Origin: Hemiscyllium ocellatum
Taxonomy: Eukaryota
NCBI RefSeq assembly: GCF_020745735.1
Contig: NC_083430.1
Coordinates: 30,928,909 to 30,992,908 of the forward strand
DNA: 64,000 bases
Direction of reading: 5' to 3'
Each line of letters starts with the position of its first letter. The stretch's first letter is position 1. Of the stretch, positions 23,030-34,916 are shown piece after piece. The position numbers were made by a program, and so were the translations under genes. A model generated the notes under the pieces. The model was given only the letters and a program-made list of their open reading frames with translations, was not told where the DNA came from and searched no databases.

Positions 23030-25500
23030 AGTCATACAGTTATAGAGATGTACAGCATAGAAACAGACACTTTAGTCCAACCCGTCCATGCTGACCAGAT
23101 ATCCCAACCCAACCTAGTTCCACCTGCCAGCACCCGGCCCATATCCCTCCAAACCCTTCCTATTCATATACCCATCCAAATGCCTTTTAAAAGTTGCAAT
23201 TGTAACAGCCTTCACCACATCCTCTGGCAGCTCATTCCATATATGTACTAATCTCTGCATGAAAAAGTTGTCCCTTAGGTCCCTTTTACATCTTTCCCTC
23301 TCACCCTAAACATATGCCCTCTAGTTCTGGACTCCCTGACCCCAGGGAAAAGACTTTGTCCATTTATCCTATCCATGCCCCTCATAATTTTGTAAACCTC
23401 TATTAGGTCACCCCTCAGCCTCTGACACTCTAGGGAAAACAGCCCCAGCCTGTTCAGCCTCTCCCCATAGCTCAAATCCTCCAACCCTGGCAACATCCTT
23501 GTCAATCTTTTCTGAACCCTTTCAAGTTTCACAACATCTTTCTGATAGGAAGGAGACCAGAATTGCACGCAATATTCCAACAGTGGCCTAACCAATATCC
23601 TGTACAGTTGCAACATGACCTTCCAACGCCTGTACTCAGTACTCCGACCAATAAAGGAAAGCATACCAAATGCCTTCTTCGCTATCCAATCTACTGTGAC
23701 TCCACTTTCAAGGAGCTATGAACATGCACTCCAAGGTCTCTTTGTTCAGCAACACTCTCTAGGACCTTAACATTAAGTGTATAAATTCTGCTAAGGTTTG
23801 CTTTCCCAAAATACAGCACCTCACATTTATCTGAATTAAACTCCAACTGCCACTCCTCAGTTCTTGGGATTTATCCACCTTTACCCGTTTCAAGAACCTG
23901 TTGTAATCTAAGATAACCTTCTTCGCTGTCCACTACACTTCCAATTTTGGTGTCATCTGAAAACCTACTAACTAAATCTCTTATGCTCGCATCCAAATCA
24001 TTTATATAAATGACAAAACGTAGAGGACCCAGCACCGATCCTTGTGACACTCCACTGGTCACAGGCCTCTAGTCTGAAAAATAACCCTCCATCACCACCT
24101 TTTGTCTTCTACCTTTGAACCGGTTCTGTATTCAAATGGTGAGTTCTCCCTGTATTCCATGAGATCTAACCTTGCTAATCAGTCTCCCATGGGGAACTTT
24201 GTCAAGCGCCTTACATCTACTGCTCTGCCCTCATCAATCCTCTTTGTTACTTCCTCAAAAAACTCAATCAAGTTTGTGAGACATGATTTCCCACACACAA
24301 AGCCATGTCGACTATCCCTAATCAGTCCTTGCCTTTCCAAATGCATGCACATCCTGCCCCTCAGGATTCCCTCCAACAACTTGCCCACCACCGACGTCAG
24401 GCTCACTGGTCTATAGTTCCCTGGCTTGTCTTTACTACCCTTCTTAAAGAGTGGCACCATGTTTGCCAACCTCCAGTCTGCTGACACCTCACCTGTGACT
24501 ATCGATGATACAAATATCTCAGCAAGAGGCCTAGCAATCACTTCCCTAGCTTCCCATGAGTTCCAGGGTACTCCTGATCAGATCCTGGGGATTTATCCAC
24601 CTTTGCTGAAAATGTGTTGCTGGAAAAGCACAGCAGATCAGGCAGCATCCAAGGAACAGGAGATTCGATGTTTCGGGCATAAGCCCTTCTTCAGGAAGGG
24701 CTTATGCCTGAAATGTCGAATCTCCTGTTCCTTGGATGCTGCTTGACCTGCTGCGCTTTTCCAGCAACACATTTTCAGCTCTGATCTCCAGCATCTGCAG
24801 TCCTCACTTTCTCCTCGAAGATTTATCCACCTTTACCTATTTCAAGACAACAGCACTTCCTCCTCTGTAACATGGACATTTTTCAAGGTGTCACCATCTA
24901 TTTCCCTACAGTCTATATCTTCTAAGTCCTTTCCACAGTAAATACTGATGCAAAATACTGGTTTAGGATGTCTCCCATTTTCTGCAGCTCCACACAAAAG
25001 CCACCTTGCTGATCTTTAAGGGGCCCTCTTCTCTCCCTAGTTACTGTTTTGTACTGAATATATTTGTAAAACCCCTTTGGATTCTCCTTAATTCTATTTG
25101 CCAAAGCAATTTCATGTCCTCTTTTTGCCCTCCTGATTTCCCTCTTAAGTATACTCCTACTTCCTTTATACTCTTCTAAGGATTAACTCGATCTATCCCG
25201 TCTATACCTTACATATGCTTCCATTTTTTTCTTAACCAAACCCTCAATTTCTTTAGTCATCCAGCATTCCCTATAGCTATCAGCCTTTCCTTTCACCCTA
25301 ACAGGAATACACTTTCTCTGGATTCTCAATATCTCATTTCTGAAGGCTTCCCATTTTCCAGCCGTCCCTTTACGTGCGAACATTTGCCCCAACCATCTTA
25401 TGAAAGTTCTTGCCTAATACCATCAAAATTGGCCTTTCTCCAATTTAGAACTTCAACTTTTGAATCTGGTCTATCCTTTTCCATCACTATTTTAAATCTA
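23030..25500 (-). mobile_element. CR1/HER1 LINE, 2.5-kb 3' portion of ORF2, disrupted
   Basis: Consecutive ORF2 fragments (GNYRPVSLTS, GVSQGSVLGP, RFSDD, LERVQKR); contains the 24605 insertion. Confidence 0.92.
24605..24819. mobile_element. PLE-tail fold-back element nested in CR1
   Basis: ~175-bp near-perfect palindrome 24605-24779 plus 40-nt unpaired tail; 15-bp TSD GATTTATCCACCTTT (24590-24604, 24820-24834); CTGAAGA-AGGGCTTATGCCC-GAAAC-ATC on - strand. Confidence 0.85.
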
Positions 25501-25645
25501 GTTAAAAATCACACAACATCAGGTTATAGTCCAACAGGTTTAATTGGAAGCACACTAGCTTTTGGAGCGACACTCCTTCATCAGGTGATAGTGGAGGGCT
25601 CGATCGTAACACAGAATTTATAACAAAAATTTCCAGTGTGATGTA
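25501..25645 (-). mobile_element. PLE tail fragment (second family)
   Basis: CTGATGA-AGGAGTGTCGCTCC-AAAAGCTAG on - strand; same tail as the 35618 element. Confidence 0.75.
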
Positions 25646-26687
25646 ACTGAAATTATACATTTTTCAATGCCTGTTTATTAATGTATTTGTTTTGGATGGT
25701 GTCTTTTATATAGAAAGTTGGATTTAAACAGCATTAAATAACTTTGTTTGGCATGTTAATTCATACTTCCTATGTTCCTTTAAGCAACATCTCAAAGAAA
25801 TTGTGTTTCTCCTTTTAAGGAGTTGCTACAATACATAAAAACTGGCAGTCAGGATGAACCTTTGATAAGGTGAAGATAAAGAGAGTTATAACTAATAGCC
25901 TGTATAATCCTTTGAGGACTGCATCACTTTAACTTGTACTGCTAAGTACTTCAGACATTTCCATTATTTACCATTGTTGTTAGTTTGATTTGTAGGGAAA
26001 TGGCTAAACCTCTTAAAAATTAATGTGAATTCCATCAGTGATCTTTTATTTCAACGTCATATCTTTCTCAGCCAAAGCTCTTTGAGAAGAGAAAGATAGT
26101 ACCATGAGTTCAATTACCAATCTGCAACTTGGCCTGACATATAAGTAAATGGTTCAATCCAATGGCATAAAATACATATTAAACTTGAGTTTAGAGGTTT
26201 TTTTTCAGTAGAAAGCACATGAGATTAGCACCTTCAAATAAAAACCGATTTTGGCTGTTCCATAGCACACCTGTTCACCAGGGGATCAGGAAGGGACTTG
26301 TTCAAAGACCTAAATTTCTATTGATGACCAGACATAAAAACTGCCCTGGTGACAGATTACTGTGCAGGAGCCAAAACCAAGATCAAACCATCAAAACGTT
26401 AATTGGTAAAAGATCAAGCAAATCTTTGTCCAACTGTGAGAACTCGGATCAGGTTCAACTCAGTTCAGAATGATTCCTTTTGATGTCTGGATTTAAATCA
26501 AGATCATATTAATACACTTAAGACACCAACACAGGTACTTCAGTCTGTTTTGTTTAAACAAATGCAGGCCATATTAGAGTACACATTTAAATTTTAATTT
26601 CCAAAAGTCATGACAGGATTGAATTTGGTAACTTTTTTGTTATTGATGATGGTAATTCCTACATATTTTACGTTTCAAAGATTTAAA

Positions 26688-26982
26688 CTTAGATTCCCTT
26701 CAATATTGAAACAGGCCCTTCAGCCCAACCAGACCACACTGACCCTCCAAAGAGTAACCCACCCAGACCCATTCCCCTATATTTACCCCTGATTTGGGAA
26801 GTTAACATGGCCAATTCACCTGATCTGCACATCTTTAGATTGTGGGAGGAAACCAGAGCACCTGGAGGAAACCCAAACAGACACAGGGAAAACATGCAAA
26901 GTCCATATTGACAGTCATTCAAAGGTGGAATTGAACCCAGCTCCTTGGAACTATGAGGCAGCAGTGCTAACCACTGAGCCAT
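26688..26982 (-). mobile_element. HE1-type V-SINE
   Basis: Reverse-complement similarity to the 12633 copy. Confidence 0.85.
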
Positions 26983-27452
26983 GGGACTGTTCACCACTTT
27001 TACAACACTGACAGTGCAACTCTCCATTAATACTGTACTGTAGTGTCTGACTACAGTCTGGACTCAAGGAACTTTTCTCTGCCATCTTTGCAGTCTGGAT
27101 ATGAAGCATTACCTTGGGGTGCACAGAAAGGAAAATCCAACAGGGGGGATTACACACACAATATAACCAGTATCTGGTTTTCGTTCCATTCAGATTTATT
27201 ATGAATGTACATAAAGTTTGTAAACAAACAAACAAATGAATTGTCAGCAGACAAAGAAATAAATACATTTGATGTAATAGTTAATACAGAAAATTGGCTT
27301 CAAGATGACAAAGATGGTGAACTGAATATTCTAGAGCACTGAAATGATTGGAACAAGGGACAAGTGGATCTCATTGACTATGAGATTCTTGATTGGGGTT
27401 GATGACCTGAGTGAATCATGCAATCCTGGTTGACAGATATAAATAGGAGATT

Positions 27453-28066
27453 TCTCAAAAACCTCCTCCTCTGCTTTTGGTTGCACTTCAGTCCCACGCT
27501 CCTGATTTTTGGGTACCCAGTACGGAGGAGGGAGGGCAGGTCTGAAGACCTCCTCGTGGCCAGGCTCTTGGGCCTGGCCAAACTGGCCATAAACAGGTCC
27601 AGGCAGCGGGCCGTGGAGGGGGTCGTTAGGGCCGACTGCCTGCCCTTCTTCTACGGTTATGTTAGAGCCCAAGTGTCTCTGGAGAAGGAGCACGCAGTGT
27701 CCACCAACACCCTGGAGTTGTTTAGGGAGAGGTGGGTGCCACAGGGAGTGGAGTGCATTATTTCCCCCTCCAACTCCATTTTGATTTAATCCCTGCCCTC
27801 CTCTTCACTGTTTGATCACACAGCATTGCCCTTTGATGTGAAGGGCACTGCTTGTCACTGGCCACTCGGGTGTTTTCCTATCTTCCTGGTGGTGGAAACT
27901 GAATAAAGATTCGTGCACCTTGTGTCTCTCACTGTGTCTCACACCTGCACACACACACCATGGGTGCTGGGGAAAGAATAAGCACTACCGCAGTTAGGCG
28001 GGAGTGGGGGAGTAATGGAACAAAAAGGAAAAAAAATAGAAAATAAATAAATAAAAAGAAGAAAAA
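27453..28066 (+). mobile_element. Tx1/L1-clade LINE 3' fragment, copy 1
   Basis: LLIFG...LLGLAKLAINRSR...FRERW ORF2 C-terminus (ORF 27418..27789), 3' UTR and A-rich tail. Confidence 0.75.
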
Positions 28067-28081
28067 TGTAAGTAGGGGATG

Positions 28082-28473
28082 TCTCAAAAACCTCCTTCTC
28101 TGCTTTTGGTTGCACTTCAGTCCCACGCTCCTGATCTACGGGTACCCGGCATGGAAGGAGGAGGGCAGGTCTGAAGACCTCCTCGTGGGTCTGCTCCTGG
28201 GCCTGGCCAAACTGGCCATAAACAGGTCCAGGCAGCAGGCCGTGGAGGGGGTCGTTAGGGCCGACTGCCTGTCCTTCTTCCGTGGTTATGTTAGAGCCCG
28301 GGTGCCTCTGGAGAAGGAGCACGCGGTGTCCACCAACACTATGGAGTTATTCAGGGAGAGGTGGGGTGCCCCAGGGAATGGAGTGCATTATTTCCCCCTC
28401 CAACTCTATTTTGATTTAATCCCTGCCCTCCCCTTCACTGTTTGATCACACAGCATAAAAAATAAAAAATAAA
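28082..28473 (+). mobile_element. Tx1/L1-clade LINE 3' fragment, copy 2
   Basis: Same 5' breakpoint TCTCAAAAACCTCC as copy 1; shorter 3' UTR followed by an A-rich tail. Confidence 0.75.
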
Positions 28474-28809
28474 CAAGAGATTCAGAAGGTCTCCTCATCC
28501 TGGGAATTGGCTCAGAGTTGGCTAGTCAGAAGGGTGACTCGGTGACAGAATACCAGCCTCAGTGAAGTTATTTCAAGCACATAGCATCTATGAAGGACCA
28601 GAAACCAAGATAAGGTGCAGAGATAACACTGTTAATTAACTGTGGCATTGGTAAAGCAGAGAGAAATAAGCTTTGTTCTAGAAATCAAGATGGTAAAAAA
28701 AAATAATTTATTTTAGAGAAAATAAATAGTAAAAGCAAGTAAGCACTAGCTGGAGTGGTTTATAGACTCCCTAGCAATATATAGGATAGAGTAAGGAAGA
28801 AATAATGGG

Positions 28810-29960
28810 GCATGTGAGAAACGTACAGTGATAATCGTCAGTGATTTTAAGCTCCATGCATCTAAACGATGAAGGTAACCTGGATGATGCATGCGTGGAA
28901 TGTTTTTGGAACAGTTTCTAATTGTAGTCCATTTTAGAGCCAACCAGAGAGAAAGCTTTACTATTTCTGTTAATCAGCGATGGGGCAGAATTAATTAATT
29001 AATGCCCTCATAGAAAAGGTACAAGGTAACAGTAATCATAACCAGTGATCCCTGTAACCTGTGCTGCCATGGAAGCTGGGTGTACACCATTGGCATGCTA
29101 ACATTTAGCTTCAGGTTGCAGAAGCTGTTATCATGCACAGACCTCTGAGGTTCATGTAGCAGCAGAGAAATTTAGAGGGAACATTTATGATAATATGATT
29201 GAATATCATATTCAATCTGAGGATGAGAAGAATGAATCTAATATTGTGGTTTTAAATTAAGGGCAATGAGACAGCTGACTGAAATTAGTCAGTAAATTAT
29301 ATTAATAGGTGGGTAAATGGACATGCAATAGCAGGCATTTCGGAATACTCAAAAAATGTGGATTTTTCTGAACAAAAATTACTCTAAGGTTAGGATGTTG
29401 CATCTGTGTGAGCTAAAGCGATTAAAAATAATATCAAATTGAACGAAAGTCAACACCACGAAGATTTGTAATACAACAGAAATTTGGAAGAAAATAAAAA
29501 ACAGCAATGAACAGACTAAAAGATTAAAAAGGAGGGAGAAATTAGGCAATGAGAGAAAGCTAGCTAGAAATATAAAAACAGTAATAGTGTCTATAGATAT
29601 TTTAAAAGGAAGAGAGTAAACAAACTCCTGCTCCTTGCATGCTGCCTGACTGGCTGAGCTCTTCTGGCACCAATGTGACTCTCTAGCATCTGCAGTCCTC
29701 ACCTTCTGCCAGGTGGTATTGTGGACAAATGTGAATTTGACTACTTTGACGGGAAGACGTCAAAAACAGTATTTTGTGTAAGCGGATAGAAGTTGATGAA
29801 CTCAGAGGTACAAAGACATCAGAGTATCCTACTACATTAATCATAAAATTTTAATCACCAAGAAAGCAAATGGAGTGTGTTTTTGTAAGGGAAATAGATT
29901 ATAAACATAGAGGTGTTTTACTACAGTGCGAAAGGTGCCAAGATGGGGAATGGTGTGTTC
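28810..29960 (+). mobile_element. Highly degenerate CR1 LINE with small PLE-tail insert (~29620-29710)
   Basis: Remnants of the endonuclease/tether region (GDFN, LARNIK-like); GATGCTGCCTGAC...CAGCATCTGCAGTCCTCAC-like insert. Confidence 0.55.
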
Positions 29961-29985
29961 ACAGTCAGTGTCATGGTGAGGCATT

Positions 29986-31448
29986 CTGGGATGGAGCGTT
30001 GAAGGAGACTGGGATGGAGGAGTGAAGGAGACTGGATTGGACCGGGGGAGCAGACTGGGATGGAACAGGGGTGGAGACAGAGGTGGAGTGGTGAAGGAGA
30101 CTGGAATGGAGTGGTGAAGGACACTGGGATGGAGCAGGGAAGGAGACTGGGATGGGGCAATTAAGGAGACTGGAATGGAGCAATGAGGGAGACTGGGATG
30201 GGGCAATGAAGGAGACTGGGATGGGGCGCTGAAGGAGACTGGAATGGAGCGATGAGGGAGACTGGGATGGAGCGATGAAGGAGACTGGGATGGAGCGATG
30301 AAGGAGACTGGGATGGAGCGATGAGGGAGACTGGGATGGGGCGATTAAGGACACTGGGATGGAGCGATGAGGGAGATTGGGATGGGGCGGTGAAGGAGAC
30401 TGGGATGGAGCAATGAGGGAGACTGGGATGGGGCGGTGAGGCAGGCTGGGATGGAGCGATGAAGGACACTGGGATGGAGCGATGAGGGAGATTGGGATGG
30501 GGCGGTGAAGGAGACTGGGATGGAGCAATGAGGGAGACTGGGATGGGGCGGTGAGGGAGTCTGGGATGGAGCGGTGAGGCAGGCTGGGATGGAGCGGTGA
30601 GGCAGGCTGGGATGGAGTGATGAGGGAGACTGGGATGGAGCAATGAGGGAGACTGGGATGGAGCAGTGAGGGAGACTGGGATGGAGCGATGAGGGAGACT
30701 GGGATGGGGCGATTAAGGAGAGTGGGATGAGGCAGTGCGGGAGACTGGGATGGAGCAATGAAGGAGACTGGGATGGAGCGATGAAGGAGACTGGGATGGA
30801 GCGATGAGGGAGACTGGGATGGAGCGATGAAGGAGACTGGGATGGAGTGGTGAGAGAGACTGGGATGGGGCAGTGAAGGAGACTGGGATGGGGCGATGAA
30901 GGAGACTGGGATGGAGCGATGAGGGAGACTGGGATGGAGCGATGAGGGAGACTGGGATGGGGCGATTAAGGAGAGTGGGATGAGGCGGTGCGGGAGACTG
31001 GGATGGAGCAATGAAGGAGACTGGGATGGAGCGATGAAGGAGACTGGGATGGAGTGGTGAGAGAGACTGGGATGGAGCAGTGAAGGAGACTGGGATGGGG
31101 CGATGAAGGAGACTGGGATGGGGCGGTGAGGGAGACTGGGATGGAGCGATGAAGGAGACTGGGATGGGGCGATGAGGGAGACTGGGATGGAGCAGTGAAG
31201 GAGACTGGGATGGGGCGGTGAGGGAGACTGGGATGGGGCGGTGAGGCAGGCTGGGATGGAGCGGTGAGGGAGACTGGGATGGAGCGATGAGGGAGACTGG
31301 GATGGAGCAGTCAGGGAGACTGGGATGGTGCGATGAGGGAGACTGGGATGGAGCAGTCAGGGAGACTGGGATGGTGCGATGAGGGAGACTGGGATGGAGC
31401 GATGAAAGAGACTAGGATGGAGCGGTGAGGCAGGTTGGGAATGGAGCT
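29986..31448 (+). repeat. 23-bp G-rich minisatellite, ~63 units (GA[A/G]GGAGACTGGGATGG[A/G]GCGAT)
   Basis: Direct tandem periodicity of 23 nt; 23-aa periodicity in the - strand ORFs. Confidence 0.97.
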
Positions 31449-31654
31449 GATGTATGTGTTCACATTTGAAGTGATTGAAAAGGGAGTGCCAGTGACATCA
31501 CAGAAGGTGTGGTGTGATTGGTTGGTAAGCAATCCACTTTCATGACTCGCCTTAAATAGCAGTAGAATCAGAAAGCGGGATAATAATAATTTGGGAACTA
31601 TCTGAGAATTCACATTTTTAACAATATAAATCCAATTATTTTGAAATACCAGTA

Positions 31655-34070
31655 CATTGTTCTTATATGGGATGGAATCTAGTGGATCCCTTTGTAAACT
31701 ACCATGACCAGATCTGCCGAGACTATCTACAGCTCGAAGATCTTTGGCTCAGTGCTGTGGAGCTTGAATCTGAGCTTCGAACAATGCGGCACATCCAGGA
31801 GATGGAGACCTACCATGATGCTACGTCCCAGGCAGTCATATCCTGTAGTTTAAATGTTATATTTCAAATTTGCTCACTGGTCAGGCACAGGAGGGTGTGA
31901 CAAACAAGTGAGGCAGATCGAGGAATCCTGAACAGAGCAATGGCGCAGCCTTAGCTCTTGACCTTGTCTGACAGGTATGAGGTACTTACGGATGAGGAAA
32001 GAGTCTGCAGGGATGATAGTCAAACTGACCACTGCAGCATGGTCTGGGAAGCCTTTTGAATGAGGAAGCACAAGGAAAGGGATAGTAGAGGTATGGGATT
32101 TTATAATTAGGTGGACAGATTGCATGGTGTATTGTCTACTTGGTGCCAAAATAAAGGACATCTCGAGTTAACTTTAAAGGATACTGGAGAGGGAGGGGTA
32201 AGATCCAGTTGTTGTGATCCATCTTGGCACTAACAACATAGGCAAGAGAAGACAAGAGGTCCTGTTTGGTGAATTTCAGGAATTTGGGACAGAAGTTAAA
32301 AACAGGACCTCAAAAGTTGTGACCTTTGGATTATCATGTACTTTTGGAGCTACATGCAAATTGGCAAAGGGATAAGAAGAAATAAACACATGAATAAAGG
32401 AGTGGTGCGAGAAAGAGGGGCTCCATTTCATGGTATACTGGCATCAATATTGGGACAGGACGTACCATCAGAATGGGCTCCACCTGAACTGATCTGGGAC
32501 CAAGATGCTAGTGGAAATGTTAATTAGGATCGTCATAAGGACTTGAAACTACTTAAAGAGATGACAGCTGAGGAGAAGTTAGTAACGTTTCTTGAACAAG
32601 TAAAAGGGCAGGGAATATGGAAAGGGTCAAGAATCTAACTTCAGGCGCAGCAGATAAGGGGACAGTTAAATGAAGGGGGAAGTCAATGCAGGAGTGAGGG
32701 TGAAGTTCTTTAATGCACTTTAATATACAAAACAAGGTAAATAAGCTTGTAGTGCAGATTGAAATTGGCTGGTACGATGTTGTGGGTATCACAGAGATTT
32801 GGTTGCAAGTGGATCAGGATTTGGAACTAAATATTGTAGGATATGCATCCTATTGAAAAGAAAAGATGATGGACAGAGGGGTCAGGTTTGCTTTGTTTAT
32901 AAGAAATCAAATTAAGTCCATAGGAAGAAGCAATATAGGACTGGAAGGCGTAAAATCTGTTGGGGTAGAGTTGAGGATTCGTAAAGGACAGAAAATTGTG
33001 ATGGGAGTTAGTAGAGGCTTCCTAGCAGTAATCAGGATGTGGGGCAGAAAATAAATCAGAAGATAGAAAAGGTCACTACAATAACCATGGAGGATTACAA
33101 TATGCAGATGGACTGAGCATCACAATGTGTAGCTTTGTGTGTAGCAGATTCCAAGAAATTCATAGAATATCTATAAGATCATTTTTTTGCAGCAGCAGCT
33201 TGTGATAGAGCCCATTATGGAGCAGGCAGTTCTGGATTTGGTAATGTGTAATGAGGCAGACATGATTAGGGAGCTTAAGGTAAAGGAACCCTTAGCGGGC
33301 AGTAGCCATTATATGATAGAATTCATTCTGTAGTTTGAGAGGGAGGAGCTGGACTCAGATGTATTACAACTGAGTAACTACAAAGACATGAGGAAGGGGC
33401 TGGCCAGAGTTGATTGGAAGGGGTACCCAGCAGGGAAGGTGGTGTAGCAGCAATGGCAGGGGTTTCTGGGAGTAATTCAGGAGGCACAGCAGAAATTCAT
33501 CCCAAGCAAGACAAAATATACTAAGGGGGAGGACAGGCAACCATGGCTGACAAGGGAGGTCAGGGACTGCACAAAAGTAAAAGCATATATGTGGTAAAGA
33601 CCAATGGGAAACTTAAAAACCAATAGAGGACAACTAAAAAAAAGCAATAAGGGGGGAAATGGTGACTTGTAAGCCAGTTTGTAATATAAGAGCAGATTGC
33701 AGTAATTTGTTTAGGTATATAAAAGGTAAGAGAAGGGCAAGAACATAGGGTGGACTACTGGAAGTTGAGACTGGAGAAGTCATAATGTGGACTGAAGAAA
33801 TGAGAGGAACTGAATAGGTATTTTCACAGTGGAAGGCACCAGCAATATACCAGAATTTCAAGAGAATGTGGGGTCAGAGGTGAGTGTAGAGGCTATGGCT
33901 AAGAAGGTGCTGGGGAAGCTTAAAAGTCTGAAGATAAATAAATCAACCAGCCAGAATGGACAACACACAGAGTTCTGAAGGAGGTTGTTGAGAGGATTGT
34001 AGAGACATTGATGGTGATATTTCAGGAATCGCTGGAGTCAGGGAGGGTCCCAGAGGACTGGAAAATGTAC
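31655..34070 (+). mobile_element. CR1 LINE 5' half (ORF1 zinc-finger/esterase remnant plus ORF2 endonuclease)
   Basis: ICRDYLQLE..., VYCLLGAKIKD, DPVVVIHLGTNNIG; YDVVGITE.W endonuclease start; ends at PEDWK. Confidence 0.8.
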
Positions 34071-34238
34071 AATTAATGAACAAGAATCAATTTGAAACAG
34101 TTACTTTCAATGAGCTGATGTGTGCTCCTCTCATCACTATTCAATTGTGGTATTTGAGTGAAAGATTCAATTTTTTTCACCAAAATGATGAGCATTAGTT
34201 GACTGCAAACATGGTGCTTTCTTTATAGATTAGACTTT

Positions 34239-34640
34239 CTGCCTCGGAACACTTCAACCCCAGGGCATCAATGTGGACTTCAACAGTTTCCTCATTTCCC
34301 CTTCCCCCACCTCACCCTAGTTCCAAACTTCCAGCTCAGCATTGTCCCCATGACTTGTCCTACCCACCTGTCTCCTTTTCCACCTGTCCACTCCACCCTC
34401 TCCTCCCTGACCTATCACCTTCATCCCCTCCCCCACTCACCCATTGTACTCTATGCTACTTTCTCCCCACCCCCACCCTCCTCTAGCTTATCTCTCCACG
34501 CTTCAGGCTCATTGCCTTTATTCCTGATGAAGGGCTTTTGCCTGAAATGTCGATTTCGCTGCTCCTTGGATGCTGCCTGAACTGCTGTGCTCTTCCAGCA
34601 CCACTGATCCAGAATCTGCAGTCACTGGTTTTACCTCGTT
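34239..34640 (+). mobile_element. PLE 3' fragment, same family as 20236
   Basis: Aligns by eye to ~21150-21568; hammerhead-like core CTGATGA at 34524-34530. Confidence 0.88.
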
Positions 34641-34646
34641 GTTTTG

Positions 34647-34660
34647 CTGCCATCTAGTGG
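34647..34660 (-). promoter_or_regulatory. CTCF consensus motif
   Basis: CCACTAGATGGCAG on - strand matches the CTCF core CC(A/G)C(C/T)AG(A/G)(G/T)GGC(A/G). Confidence 0.6.
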
Positions 34661-34842
34661 TAATGTTGCACAACCTACTATAGTACTCAGTAAAATTGGA
34701 TCAATATCCAAATTGAAAACTTCAAACTACTGTGGGTACCTTAGTCAATAGAGGAGTTTTTAAATTGTCTCATACAAGATAATGTCATGACAAATGGTGG
34801 ATGCTCGGTCAAAACAGCTGATGGTCACTGTGATTATAAACA

Positions 34843-34916
34843 AGTGCTGTGGCTTAGTGGGTTAAAGTGCCTGCTTTGTCAGCAGGAGATTCTAGATGCA
34901 AATCCCGACAATACAT
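34843..34916 (+). pseudogene. tRNA-Thr(TGT)-like pseudogene
   Basis: A box TGGCTTAGTGG; anticodon arm CCTGC-TTTGTCA-GCAGG; collinear with vertebrate tRNA-Thr (GGCTTAG.TGGTTAAAGCGCCTG...CAGGAGATC); B box, T stem and acceptor stem decayed. Confidence 0.7.

Noticed and set aside
27439-27452. Possible U2 snRNA target of a Keno-type Tx1 element (AATAGGAG)
   Set aside because: Only ~8 nt of similarity and no other U2 sequence on either flank
29841-31613. Long Pro/Ser/His-rich ORFs (up to 346 aa) on the - strand
   Set aside because: By-product of a nearly stop-free 23-bp minisatellite read through rotating frames; no splice or promoter context
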